Positions 37,951 to 49,082 of a stretch of DNA of 64,000 nucleotides are shown piece after piece; positions within the stretch are counted from its first letter, which is position 1, and each line of letters begins with the position of its first letter. A model generated the notes under the pieces. That model was given only the letters and a program-made list of their open reading frames with translations. It was not told the DNA's origin and did not search any database. The DNA is from Coniocarpon cinnabarinum (taxonomy: Eukaryota): the NCBI GenBank assembly GCA_051942205.1, contig JAVECO010000056.1:1-64000 (forward strand), in the 5' to 3' direction. A program made the translations under genes and the position numbers.

Positions 37951-38286
37951 TGGGTATTGAGTGACAAGGTGAGCTGAGATGGTTTCTCTCAAGCCCCACC
38001 GGCGGTAATGAGCATCGTCGCCCCCTCGCCTGATTTCTCAGGCCTCAGCCCTCTTTCTATGGCGCAACATTGCCGGCGACATTGCCATCGACCCCGCCGT
38101 CGAATCATGTTTGCGACACCACGAGCAGGTAGGTCTGCTTCGGCGCCAAATTTCTTGAAAATCTGGAGAGAAAACTTGACGTCCTCAGCGACCTGCAAAG
38201 GTGCAAAGGTTTGGACGTGCAGATGCAAGCTGACTATATATTTTATTATGCTAGAAGCACTCTCGCCGCACAAGAGTAAGTACTCT

Positions 38287-38628
38287 CCCCCGATGGTCTA
38301 GTGGTTAAGGTCCATGCTAACAAACTTCTAGTCGCGGAACTGGGATTAATTAGCCTGGGGGACACTAGGTCCTGTCTTTGGTCACTCGCTCTCGCCGTAA
38401 TTCGCTTGGCAGGCAGCAGCCGTAGACGTAGAACACTCTCAGAGCAGTTTGGTTAATCCGTGGCTTTAGATCCCAGACTTCAACTTCCGGCTTCAGCTCT
38501 TGGTTCGACTCCAGCATTCAACACCAGCCTTTAATTTCAGCCATCTGGATCACGGGTTCAATTCCCGCTTGCTGCGACCTCGGTGCCAGCGAGCCAGGGC
38601 GACAACATTCCTTTTTTTCTTTTTTTCT
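38287..38628 (+). pseudogene. tRNA-derived composite locus: two or three degenerate tRNA-like units followed by an oligo-T terminator
   Basis: A-box TGGTCTAGTGG (38294), B-boxes GGTTCGACTCC (38502) and GGTTCAATTCC (38555), acceptor-like pairs CCCCCG/TGGGGG and GCAGCAG/TTGCTGC, T-runs from 38612. Confidence 0.65.
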
Positions 38629-41600
38629 TAGTCAGCTCTTGTTGTTTTTCTACATACATGATTTATCTAAAATCAACTCTAGTAGCTACGGCTCCTCTTC
38701 TGTGGCTGCGTTGATTGCTCAAACTTTTTTTCTTTGGTAATTGAGTCATGTGCGCGGGCACTTGTCACGTTACCATCGCATCATACGGAGTTTACGAGTT
38801 TCATTGTTGCAGCGCATCACTATCGAATTTCTACTGGCAGAGAAGACAAAAGATCTTGATTCCAGGCTGGTGTCTGGGTTCTGTACTGTATAGCTATTCA
38901 GAGGTGCTTTATGAAGAAGAATAAAATTATTTCCATTGCGATAAGGCCCTCTATTCGTCTATGGACCCTATGTATGACATCTCTGCTATCACATCCTCCA
39001 GTGGTGCGGAGACGATGCGGAATTTTTGCGTCTCATATGCTCGCAGTGAATGCTGTACGAACGACGCTCCTCATCTTACCGCCTTTGAAAACAGCTTCCG
39101 GATGTCCCGACTTTGCATTTTTCAATTGGGTTATGTGTCAGTCCTACTGGCAGATGACCGGCTTGTACGTCGCACCAGCAGTCTGGGTAGTCTGCCACCA
39201 TGGTAGTATCATCTACTCTTGCATCCGCTCACCTCCTTCAGGTTTGGAGTATAAGCGAGACTTCGTTATCGGAGCGTTGACTCTCAATTGTCTCCCTGTC
39301 GGTTTCTCAGTGGTTCGGAGTGATGCGAGATATGATTGATTGGATGCTTATTTGTCATTTCATAAATTGGGTCTTCTCTGAGCGAGCACCGGGTCGGACC
39401 CTTTGGCATGACGTTTGTGTAGTGCTCTTCTTCTTGTCTGGCTATCTGCACTGCGTTCTGTATGAGCTCTGGGCGCGAGAAAGCATTTAAGCCGGATTGC
39501 GTGTAATTCAGGTTCGATGTTTGGGCAAGCTCCCGCGTTGTTCCGCCTCCTGTTTTGCTTGTATCTTAAGCTCTAAGTCCTCACTTAGCATTGGGTCGTA
39601 ACTTCAAGGTTCTGTCCGCTGTGGGGGCGCGTATCCACGATATCATGATCGTCTTCTGAGCAGCGCTTTCTGGCTGGATGTGTGTGGCTTCAGCAGCTCT
39701 TGATGGTCTGCAGCTTTAGGTCTCTCGCACACGACCTCAATTCCCGAGCTGCTTCCCTCATAGACTCTGCTCAACGTTCTGGCGGTGTGAAGAAACGCAG
39801 CTCAGGGGTCACTCCCGTCGTCATCCTGCTTCCTGCTCTTTCACGTCCTGCGGTACCTTCCCCGTTTGAAACGATCTTCGCTTCCTCCTCCTCTGATCTT
39901 CTCAATGTATTCAAACTGCTGAATCTTGGTTCTTCTTCTTCTCCTCCTCTTCTTCTCCATCTCTGCGTTGGCGTACTCGTTTTGTCTGGCGTGCTCATAC
40001 ATCTTGGGCTGCCCCCTCTGTAAACCACCTTCGAGTGCTCCTTGCTTCTCGATTTCTTCAGCATCATCTGTCAGAGCCGTTTCTCCTTGCCAGCCTCTGC
40101 TTCTCAAGTCATTCGGTATCAAGTCCTTGCACATATGCGTTCTCTTGTGTCGTTTCCCCCTGAACTGCATGAACTGGCGGTGAGTGCCCCTTGACCTTGC
40201 AGCTCCCTCCCTTGATGCCTCGTACCCCTGATCACCCCCAATTCACATCTTGTTCTGCCCTTGATCTCTCAGGCCAGACTTGTTTCATGGCAGCTGCCGT
40301 CGAGAAGGTCAGACGGCTCTGTCTGTGGTGCATCCCTTATTTCAAGGCTCTGACTAATCTCGTCGCTCAGGGGAAGCCCAGGGGTGTTCCACAATCTAGT
40401 GACTTGTCTCTTAGTTTCGTCGCCGAGTCCATGGCCATATTGGAAGCAGGTAAAGACTTTAACCTCGTGGCAGCGTCCGTCTGACTTCTCCAAGCTGAGC
40501 CTCAGGAGCATGGTACCGTCTCAGGGGTAGGGGGCCTCGAACGACTTCGACGATGCTCAGATGCGTTACTGCTGGGGATCTGAGGAGGCTATCGTGATGG
40601 TTGACATGACTGACTGACTTGGACTTGTGACACTCGACTTTCGGCCACGGCGGAATAGAGGATGCACGAGGAGGCTTTGAATTGAGTGCTAACGGAAAGG
40701 ATTCTTCGTGGTGGAGCTTCCGAGCGCTGCCGAAGGCTTCTGAAGATGAATAAACGCGTTGAGGATCTTGTGGTACGAGGTTCAGCTGAGCAGTTGCTGG
40801 AGGGGAGCTAAGGGGTGAGATTTCTGGGGGAGAAGAATCATAGGAAGGTCAATGTGGACGGCACGTCACTTAATCGGCAAAATACAGATTGAGACCTAGA
40901 ACAGAGTCAGTCTCGTTGTCTCAAGTTGTTAAAGAGAATCTCTTGGATGTAACAGCGCCCATAACCATCCAAAAGATATCGTGATGTTGCATCAAAATAG
41001 GGGAGGGAGGTTCTTGAAGAACAGGATGGCGTCAATGTCTTTGAGTCTGTGCTGGGCCTTCAATATGTCTCCTGTTGTCAACCCTAGCTTCCAGCGGTTT
41101 GAAAAAGTCTGGCTGGAGAGTGTTCGCCATCATTTATGGGGATGATCTTGGTTGTTCAAATCGATCAAACGGCTTTTCGATGAAAGATCTCAGGCTTTTT
41201 CTGTTTAGCTGCTGCTGAGGGGGCGTTTAGTTGAGGGTGATGGCCGGACTTTGGAGCCTGTAGATTGACGACGTGGAATCTGCTCGTCGACGTCGAAGCT
41301 GTAGCTAATAACACCATCGTAACCATGCAAGCTTAAATGCTCAATCCCATCCGTACGATCGGAGCACCGTAGATAGGAGATGGATGGTGACTTGCTACTG
41401 GGCGTCCTCGAAATCCAATAGAAGCGCCTGCCGTCCTGGTCGCTTCTCGACTCGCTCTGGATCAGATTCTAGACAGGGAATGATATCACAATACGCTTCA
41501 GTTGTGCTATACCAACGTCAACGCCGCAGGCATCTTGCATCAACCACTGCACTGCACGCAAAAATCCCAATTCAGGCAATCTGTGACCTCATCTGCTGCC

Positions 41601-42100
41601 TTCTGCCTCTCACGAGCACCTGATCCGGTACCGGAGCTGATGAAGCCGCCACACCACGGCCAAAATACGTCCCAAGCAGCATGCAGGGCATATCGAAGCA
41701 CGCAAATTCAAAAATATCAAAAGCTCAAGGATGTCAGGGCTTGGAGGGGTGCGTTGTGCCAATTCAGAAGACTCGGTGGCAGCGAGGATCGACCCCGCGA
41801 GCTTCGCCTTACACTGTACTGAGCCTCGTTGCCTGGTCACAGGTCTTCGGAGATTACATTAGGCTTAGCGCGAGGTTGGCCCACATGATAGTTGTTTGAG
41901 GTTTTGCGCTTTGTCTTCTGCGCCTCCATTACACTCTCCAGCAACTCTCAACCGGCATTCTCAAAGCAGCTTTGAATCCTCATTGGACGTCACGAAGCAA
42001 CTCAGAAGCAATACAGTAGCAGCAGTAAGTAAACAGGAACTAATGCTGATCAGTCGTTGGTGCTGGCGATCTGACCGGCCGCTAGCATTACTCATCGACC

Positions 42101-42698
42101 ATGTCTTCGCCAGCAAGCTCGTCCTCTTCCTCCGATGGAGGCGTGGCCTTGCCCGGCCTGATGTCTACTGCCACTTTGCATTGTGCATTCGTTCCCGATA
42201 ATTCTGCGCCAATTCTCGCAGAGATTGCACGCAAGGCCGGTCATTTTGGGTGGGATGACCAACAAAAGAACGATGAACTCGATATCTTCCTGCGTGGGAC
42301 CATCGAAGCATTCACGGCCAATGGGCTGCAGAATCACGCTGCTTGGGTGCATTTCTCCCGGAACCTGGGCCTGCCCGTTGCAAATAATGCAAGCGTACGA
42401 TATTGCAAAAAAGTAGGTTTTGAAATGCGTATGGTGTATGTGTCACTGCTGATTACAGGCTTTTCAGTTGGTTAGAGCGTCACACTACAACATTATCGAC
42501 GTCCTGGATTCTTTTCGAGCAGGCAACACCCCACAAACGTTTGAGACGCGGAAGGCTCTATTCCAATACACCAGAGAGTATGGGTGCTTTGTTGGCAGAG
42601 ACCTTGTCAAGCAAAACAAGTTCTTCAGACTTCTCCTTGGAAAGATGCGCAAACCTGCAGCTCGCCCAAAGAAAGCACAGGCACACAATGCCAATTGA
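42101..42698 (+). CDS. Small uncharacterised fungal protein (W..LC..LG...S...CKK....HVNI.D family); intron 42413-42467
   Basis: AWVHFSRNLGLP..SVRYCKK|LVRASHYNIIDVLD..F.T.KAL.QYT..G; clean phase-0 GT-AG intron. Confidence 0.75.
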
Positions 42699-43323
42699 TG
42701 GCGTCGGACGCTGAGACAGGGACGCCTAATTTCAGCGACCAAGGTGCAGTGGTCGCATTGTCCTGGTAGATTGATATCTGTGACACGGCCATTCATGATC
42801 GTTACCTATGTAGCATAATCCCATCTTGTTTGCTCTTGCTGAAACGTCTTTTCTAAGGGCCCAGTGGCTCCTTGTGACAACGCACTCCCACAGCGACGGA
42901 TTGATTTCTAACAGATACATCGACAAATGTTTGTGTTTCTGTGTTATGAGCCTTACTTGACGCATCTGATGCTATTTGCGGGCAGGTTTTTCGACTTGAG
43001 AGCTAAGATCCAACCAATTTGAGTTTCGATCATCGCGAGGCAAACTTTGCGTTTGCCTCAATGTTTGCTCAATGAGTGCGTCTTTGTGCAATCGTTCCGA
43101 CCACGTGAACATTGTTTGCTAGTTTCTTGACCGTTCTAAGCAACAGTTGAAATTATCTTCATCACTTTCAACCGCAGCGATTCTTAAGTGCCTCTCCAGC
43201 AGCGACTACAACACAGCGCCAATCTATCCTCATCGTCTCCCACAAGCTACGCTGGATCTGATCATCTCGGTTTACGGCAGACGTTGACAGTTGAGTTGGC
43301 TTTCTAGCCAACAGCAATCCACT

Positions 43324-43893
43324 ATGGCACTCCCCACCGGAGGCGTTCTCCTCGCCTTCAATCCGTACCCATCTCTGAATCTTGACCCAAACTTCAATTT
43401 TCATCCAAACGACCAGCTCTCCGAAGAGTTCCGCCGCATCGCGGCGCATCACAATTGGAACGATAAGGCGCGTACGGACAACTGGGGCCTGTTTATTCTC
43501 GACAACTTCCGGAATCTCACCCTCTTTGATCAAGCCGGGCTAGATCCCTTACATGCATGGCAGCTACTCGCTCAGAACCTGGGTATGCTGACCATTGACA
43601 TGGATTCAATCACCAAGATCAAAAGGTACATGAATTGGTAAGCGCTGAGGTAGCAGCTCCGCTAACGATTGAGGATGCAGGAACTCCGGACTGTGTACGT
43701 GAACATCGTCAACTACCTCAACTTCATGCGCACTCACAATGGTCTGCGCGTCTTCCCTCGCTACGAGAAGCGTAAATTCGTCAACTACACGAAGAAGAAG
43801 GCGATGACTTGCCCCAAGAACCGGCGGATGGTGCCCAAGACGGTGGCGAAGCAGAGTCGGGGATTGAAAGAGCTTTTGGAGCATCTGAACTGA
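43324..43893 (+). CDS. Tandem paralog of the 42101 gene; intron ~43626-43680 gives a frameshift unless an upstream GAG acceptor is used (possible pseudogene or sequence error)
   Basis: EEFRRIAAHHNW, AWQLLAQNLG..SITKIK, ELRTVYVNIVNY, VPKTVAKQSRGLKELL. Confidence 0.65.
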
Positions 43894-44554
43894 GATGGCA
43901 CATCAGGGAGCAGCTGCAGAGGACAGGGGCACAAGGAGCGCATGGAGGCTGCAGATTGCATCAGCGACAGGAAGGAGAGGCTCTGGTTGGTGAACGTTGC
44001 TTGTGCTTGGGAATCTGATGAGGCAGGAGCCAACGTTCTTGCGACACACGGTGGAACAGAAAGAAGGCAGATCTCGGGCACACACATGACAGATAGATGC
44101 AGGCCCAGGGAGATCACACTTCGCAGGATGGTGCAAAACGACCTTTGAGTGGCCCTTAACAAGAGTGAGCCTGATGCACAATAGAATTGAATCAAGTGCT
44201 TCCTTCCAAAGCGTCCCATGGATATCCTAGGATAGTAAATCGATCGATCTTCAAGCACATACAGACAAGGAGGGTCACTGTGAGATCTGGAACAGATCTT
44301 GCAGATGAGACTGAGACTGGCAGGAATTGAGAATCCGGCAGTGACTGAGGATCTCTGCTGTGCGGCGTATGTAAGACCAAGATAATCAAACACACTGCAC
44401 ACGAATAGATAAGGGATGTGCGTTCTTTTCGTATAAACATAATGCGCGACAGTCAGCTTGCAGACCCGCGATCAGAGAATCAATTTCCATAGCAAGGCGA
44501 GGGCACAACACCAAGATAGATAAAACTTAATCAGTCTTGTTGGATGGTCTGATA

Positions 44555-44660
44555 CACCTTAAAGACGCAGAAGGTGGCAAAAATTGTGCCTCGATCGGCG
44601 ATCGGCAGTGCGCAGAGCCGTCAAAGCATCCGCAGCTATGCACCTACACCTGAGCGCAAT
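44555..44660 (-). ncRNA. Candidate Sm-class small nuclear RNA of unknown type
   Basis: GGCACAATTTTTG Sm-type site between hairpins, 3' stem-loop CACCTT-N10-AAGGTG, preceded by a CT tract. Confidence 0.35.
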
Positions 44661-44749
44661 GAGAAAGAAACTGCGGGGCCAAAGAATCATAGTTACCGGG
44701 GAGGAATCAGAACGACGAGCGCGAGAACATGCAAAAATGAAAAAAAGAT

Positions 44750-44897
44750 TGGCCCCGCTGCGAATCGAACGCAGGTCTTCGCCGATGCTCCAGGCATGCT
44801 GGTGCAGCCACCAACGAAGCCTCCCCACCCCCATAGGGAGACTCCGCCAGTTAAGCTTACTGCTAGGGCGCTACTCTAACCACTGAGCTACGGGGCC
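44750..44897 (-). tRNA. tRNA with AGC anticodon (nominally Ala), 76-nt intron 44785-44860, no G3:U70
   Basis: GGCCCCG/CGGGGCC acceptor, GCTC/GAGT D-stem, CT-AGC-A loop, CTGCG-TTCGATT-CGCAG T-arm, A73, T7 terminator immediately downstream. Confidence 0.88.
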
Positions 44898-45109
44898 TTT
44901 GCTTTGATGAAGATGCACTTTGCGAAATTAATATATAACTTAATCCATAGTCATCAGGTCGGCAAAAGTTGCCGCAACATTATGTAGAGTCAGCACAATG
45001 TCACAGTCAACGACTCGTCAACAAAAAAAGAATTTAGTAGCGCAGAAAAAATCTTGAATCTCCCGGCACATGCGAGCGCAAAAAGAATTTCGAAGCAAAA
45101 ATTCGAGAT

Positions 45110-45287
45110 TGCTGGCAGTGGGACTTGAACGCGCGACCTCCATCGAAAAAGAAAAAAAGGAAATTAATGTTAATGTGTGTAGAGGTGTTTGTCGAAGTAT
45201 TTGTAGAGTGTAGACCATTCGCCGTTCTCTGGCAAGATTAACGTTAGCTGTATTCTGTGAATGTACTACCCGCTGCGCCATGTCACT
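45110..45287 (-). pseudogene. Degenerate intron-containing tRNA pseudogene
   Basis: A-box-like TGGCGCAGCGGGTAG, GGTC-GCGCGTTCAAGTCCC B-box region, mismatched acceptor and T stems, downstream T-runs. Confidence 0.55.
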
Positions 45288-46975
45288 ACGCGTTCTACGG
45301 CCTAACACACAAGCTGTCGCGTCCCAACTTGTGATACTAGTGCTTTTACAGGTGTAAAATATATAGTGGTGCTCGAGTAGCTGACAGGTACCGGCCGGGC
45401 TGCAACACCATTCCTCCGCCTTTCAGTGTTCAGACCTACATGCATTTACTCGTCTCGTCGTGCGCTTTCTAATGATACTATTTTGAACGAAATCTATTGG
45501 GTATTGGAAGCGGCACGCATGTGTGAAGTTTCCCCGGCAGTGGGCGCCAAGACTTGGGGGAGGGCTTTGAAGGTGATAGGGAGAATTTTGCCAGCTGCTA
45601 AGATTCTCTTCCTCGTTCCCATTACCATCCTCTACCCTAGTTTCACTGCGCTCTCTCGACGTCCCTGATAAGCTACATTCTGTCATTATTCATCACTGAG
45701 TCGCAAAAGACGGTGAAATGTTGGGTGTGAAAGACTTGATCGTCTTGCTATCCTTCGAGGCTAAATTCTGTAGCAACCAAACACAATGAACGAGAACGAG
45801 CTCGCCGAGTTCTTAGAAAATTTCCTGGCACAAGGACGCCCCGAGCCACGACTCAATCGTTGGGGCAGGCTCTGCATCAGGCTTGCCAGGTAAGTCTGCA
45901 AGTCAGTGCGTGGCAATGTGGACGCCTTGCTCACCACGCAATAGACTGCGAGCACGCTTGCGTGATCTGAAGAAGAGCGCCCTTGAAGGGACCGCATGAG
46001 CGCCTCAAGGGCCGACAGCAGCTAACAGCCGCCGCTCAAGAAAGCAATGAGACACAAGTATGTGTGGAACATCCAAACATCGTCATCCAGATGCGAGAGA
46101 CATGAGGGGAGTCGCCGCAGAGGGCTGATCCTCTCACACAGGTTCTCCAAGAGGCGCCATGAGTGCGCAATCAGAAAGATGATGGGACCCCGTCGAATGA
46201 TTTCACGCATGATCAGAGCTGGCGTACCCGGACTGGACGCTCCGAGAATCCAGCAAGCATGGCAAAGGCAGAGCACTGCATCCACAGCAAGGGCACGGCG
46301 AAGGCAGACACGACAAGCACAATCAAAGAAATCTCTGAACATACCAGGCTTTTGGATCCGATTCTATTCTTAAGCGTTGACACCAAGATCCTCAAAACGT
46401 CCCAGTCAAGCTAGGGATCCGGCGCAGCCATCTGTATTCACGTTTTTACGTGTTCAGGAGAACGAGCCGTTGCTGTTGGCTCTGACGGGACTGCGACAGG
46501 GTGCAGGGCCATGATGGGCACTGGAAACCTTGGGGTCCAGCAAGTAAAGAGCAACGCTGATTATGCATGGCAGGTCTGAGCATACTTAGGCCCACGACAC
46601 TGAGCACCGGAAAACACCAGATGAAAGGAAGTCGGACTGAAAGCGCTACAATTTGGATCCTCACGGCATACCAGATACGGAGAAAGGGGTAGGTGCACGG
46701 ACCTCGGCAACGGCAGCGCTGATGCTCCGTGTCAGGCAATCTAATGTACTCGAGAGTTTGCGAATACTAGGCGTCTATCACAGCGTTATCTATGAGAACG
46801 TCTACAAAAGTCTTCATAGGCGATCGTGCGATGGTTTCGTATTCAGCCTTCTGCCTCTGGTGGGAGAGGCCACCACAATCAACTGCTTTGTGGCGAAAGT
46901 GCTCTATAATTACATGCCTTCTTGAAAGCGAGGTCGATCACAATGTTGATGTCGACATATGTAGAAGCTCTCCTG

Positions 46976-48952
46976 TCATTGAGGAGGCTGTTGCCAAAAC
47001 GGTGGCTGTGTCCGTACGTACTGAAAACCATTCCAGATCCATTCGTTAGAAGTCCATCCCTGTGCGCCCTGTCCCCTAGTAAGTCCCCAATTGAAGTTTT
47101 GCATATTCCATGCATTTTTTTGTTGCCCCTGAAAGCCCTGGTACTGTTGTTGCATCTGATTGTATGATTGTGAAGAATTTCCACCACGGTTGCCGAAGCC
47201 ATTGTTTCCACCCCTACCGTATCCTTGCGCGTGCCCGAAGTTCATTGTTGTCGCTGGCGGTCGATAGCTCCCGTTCCAGGTGTAAGATCCTGTTGCTGCA
47301 GGGAAGCTCTGCTGCGGCGTACCTGAGGTAGCCATGGGCGGCGAGGTTGACTGCGTGACTGGAGGAGGAACATGAGACTCTGCGCCGTAGTCAAGCGGTC
47401 GCCGTAGACGCTTGTATCCACCTTCCATGTCTAGATCTTCCCTGATTTCATCTCTCGGAGGGGCTGCGATATGCGAGGAACCTGGTCTATCACTGTACGG
47501 CATCCCACCTCGAAATTGTCCGCGTCCATGCCCACCATGAGCGTGAGCCATTGGCGACTGGTTGTCAGATGACCCACGGTTGCTGACAGCACCGCGACCT
47601 CTACCGCGTCCTGGTCCACGTGAGCGGAAGAAGCCTCGTCCTCGTTGTCCATGGTCTGCTAGATCTCCGGAGAATGATGCGGGTTGGTGAGAGTGTGGAA
47701 AGGCGTTCGGTGCCCCAGGCGTGGCTGGCAAGCTGGCTTTGCTATTGGAAGTCTTCTGCGCGCTGGCTGGCGGTTTAGAAGGTAATGAAGATCCAAAGGC
47801 CGGTGGCCCAGCAGGTAGAGATGAGCTCTTTGGAGCGGTGAAGTCGTTTCGTGCCTTTTTGGAGCCTCCTTGAGGTCTGTTCTGTTGGCGACGACTTTGT
47901 TCTGCATTCCATTCTTCGATCTCAAGCTTGACCTTTTCCATGATTCCGCCGCGAGTGCCTTTTCTTCCACGAGACGAATAGTAGCGCTCTTTCTCATCAT
48001 CAGAGAATGCACGTTCTTCTTCAGCTTCGCGATCAGCCAATCCACTTGCATCGGAAGCTCTGCCGACCGTAGATAGCTGACCCGGAAACACCGACTGGGC
48101 GTATTTCGGGAAATAGTAGATCTCACTGCCTTCTTTGAGGCCATGTTCTTCAATCGTTTCACGCTTAAGAAAGCAGAGAGCGTAGCTTGGTGAGCCGACA
48201 CGGCCAATAACGTCGCCGATGGCGCCGAGGACATCTCGATTCTCTGTGCAAAGGACGGAACCGTAGTCAAGGGTTAGCGGTCTATCTGCTTTGATTGTTT
48301 CCCTTTCCGCGGTTGAAGTCGGATCCTTGGATAGTCCCTCAACGGCTTTAATGAGCATTAGCCAGCCAGCTTCCAGATCCCACATGTAGCTAATAGACTG
48401 AACGTGCCCGGCCTTATGGATTTCTAATTCCTGGACGTCAATTATCTCAGGAAACTTTGGGAGGTAGTCTCTCGGCCAGCGTTTTTCGTCTTTCTCACGA
48501 TCTCTGCCGATTGGACCAGGCTTGTTAGTAGGATCCTCGTCCTCCGAATCGCTTTTAATATTAGCATTGTGGACGAACGCAGCAAGGTCTTCCCCGTCAG
48601 AGGAGCTGCTAGAGTCGGAAGTGTCGCTTGTTCGTTTGACCTTCGACCATTCAAAGTCTCCCTCGGCGCCCTCGGGCTTCTCTGACTGCTCCAAAGTGCG
48701 CTTCTTAGGCTTTGCCGCGGGACTAAGTGCAGGCTTGACATGTTCACTTTCCGTAGAGGAACATGTGCTACACGTAGAGTCAGAATCGAGTGCTGAGTCG
48801 TAGGCAAATTCTGCTTCGGGTTCCTGGCGATTGGTACGTGCTTGCACTTCAAAGGCACTAGTAGAGTCGGCTGATGCTGAAGCCATGGTATTAGCTTTGT
48901 GTCGTTGAGGGCGGGTGTGTGAGCGGCGGCGACTGGAGAAGAAAACATCCAT
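46976..48952 (-). CDS. NAF1: H/ACA snoRNP assembly factor Naf1 (start could be 48886)
   Basis: Gar1/Naf1 core LDYGSVLCTENR.VLG.IGDVIGRV..P.Y, then ASDAS..DRE..FSDDEKE; low-complexity RG/PQ tail. Confidence 0.9.
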   Translation of the reverse strand: MDVFFSSRRRSHTRPQRHKANTMASASADSTSAFEVQARTNRQEPEAEFAYDSALDSDSTCSTCSSTESEHVKPALSPAAKPKKRTLEQSEKPEGAEGDFEWSKVKRTSDTSDSSSSSDGEDLAAFVHNANIKSDSEDEDPTNKPGPIGRDREKDEKRWPRDYLPKFPEIIDVQELEIHKAGHVQSISYMWDLEAGWLMLIKAVEGLSKDPTSTAERETIKADRPLTLDYGSVLCTENRDVLGAIGDVIGRVGSPSYALCFLKRETIEEHGLKEGSEIYYFPKYAQSVFPGQLSTVGRASDASGLADREAEEERAFSDDEKERYYSSRGRKGTRGGIMEKVKLEIEEWNAEQSRRQQNRPQGGSKKARNDFTAPKSSSLPAGPPAFGSSLPSKPPASAQKTSNSKASLPATPGAPNAFPHSHQPASFSGDLADHGQRGRGFFRSRGPGRGRGRGAVSNRGSSDNQSPMAHAHGGHGRGQFRGGMPYSDRPGSSHIAAPPRDEIREDLDMEGGYKRLRRPLDYGAESHVPPPVTQSTSPPMATSGTPQQSFPAATGSYTWNGSYRPPATTMNFGHAQGYGRGGNNGFGNRGGNSSQSYNQMQQQYQGFQGQQKNAWNMQNFNWGLTRGQGAQGWTSNEWIWNGFQYVRTQPPFWQQPPQ

Positions 48953-49082
48953 GCGAAGAGTTGGATCGCGACATACCTGTTACGGTAATGTCAGCATATC
49001 GTTCACAGGCCAGTCTCAGCCAACGCTGTCCATAACACAAGACCCTTCATGCCATTCAAGCTCATCGCAACATCAAGTGATC

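Noticed and set aside
38472..38520. CCAGA-CT-TCA-A followed by a T-arm, suggesting tRNA-Sec or an opal suppressor
   Set aside because: No matching acceptor or D-stem, a poor anticodon stem, and ascomycetes are not known to have the Sec machinery
39015..39040. AATTTTTG Sm-like motif
   Set aside because: Enclosed by a GAGACG/CGTCTC stem, with no separate 3' hairpin or snRNA context
44555..44660. Identification as U4 snRNA because of TTGCGCT near the 5' end and a hairpin-Sm-hairpin 3' end
   Set aside because: No kink-turn (AATGAGG..CCGAG) and no stem-I GTTGAAAAC segment
45786..46373. ATG exon with a GTAAGT donor and GCTAAC branch site
   Set aside because: No acceptor gives a long in-frame continuation
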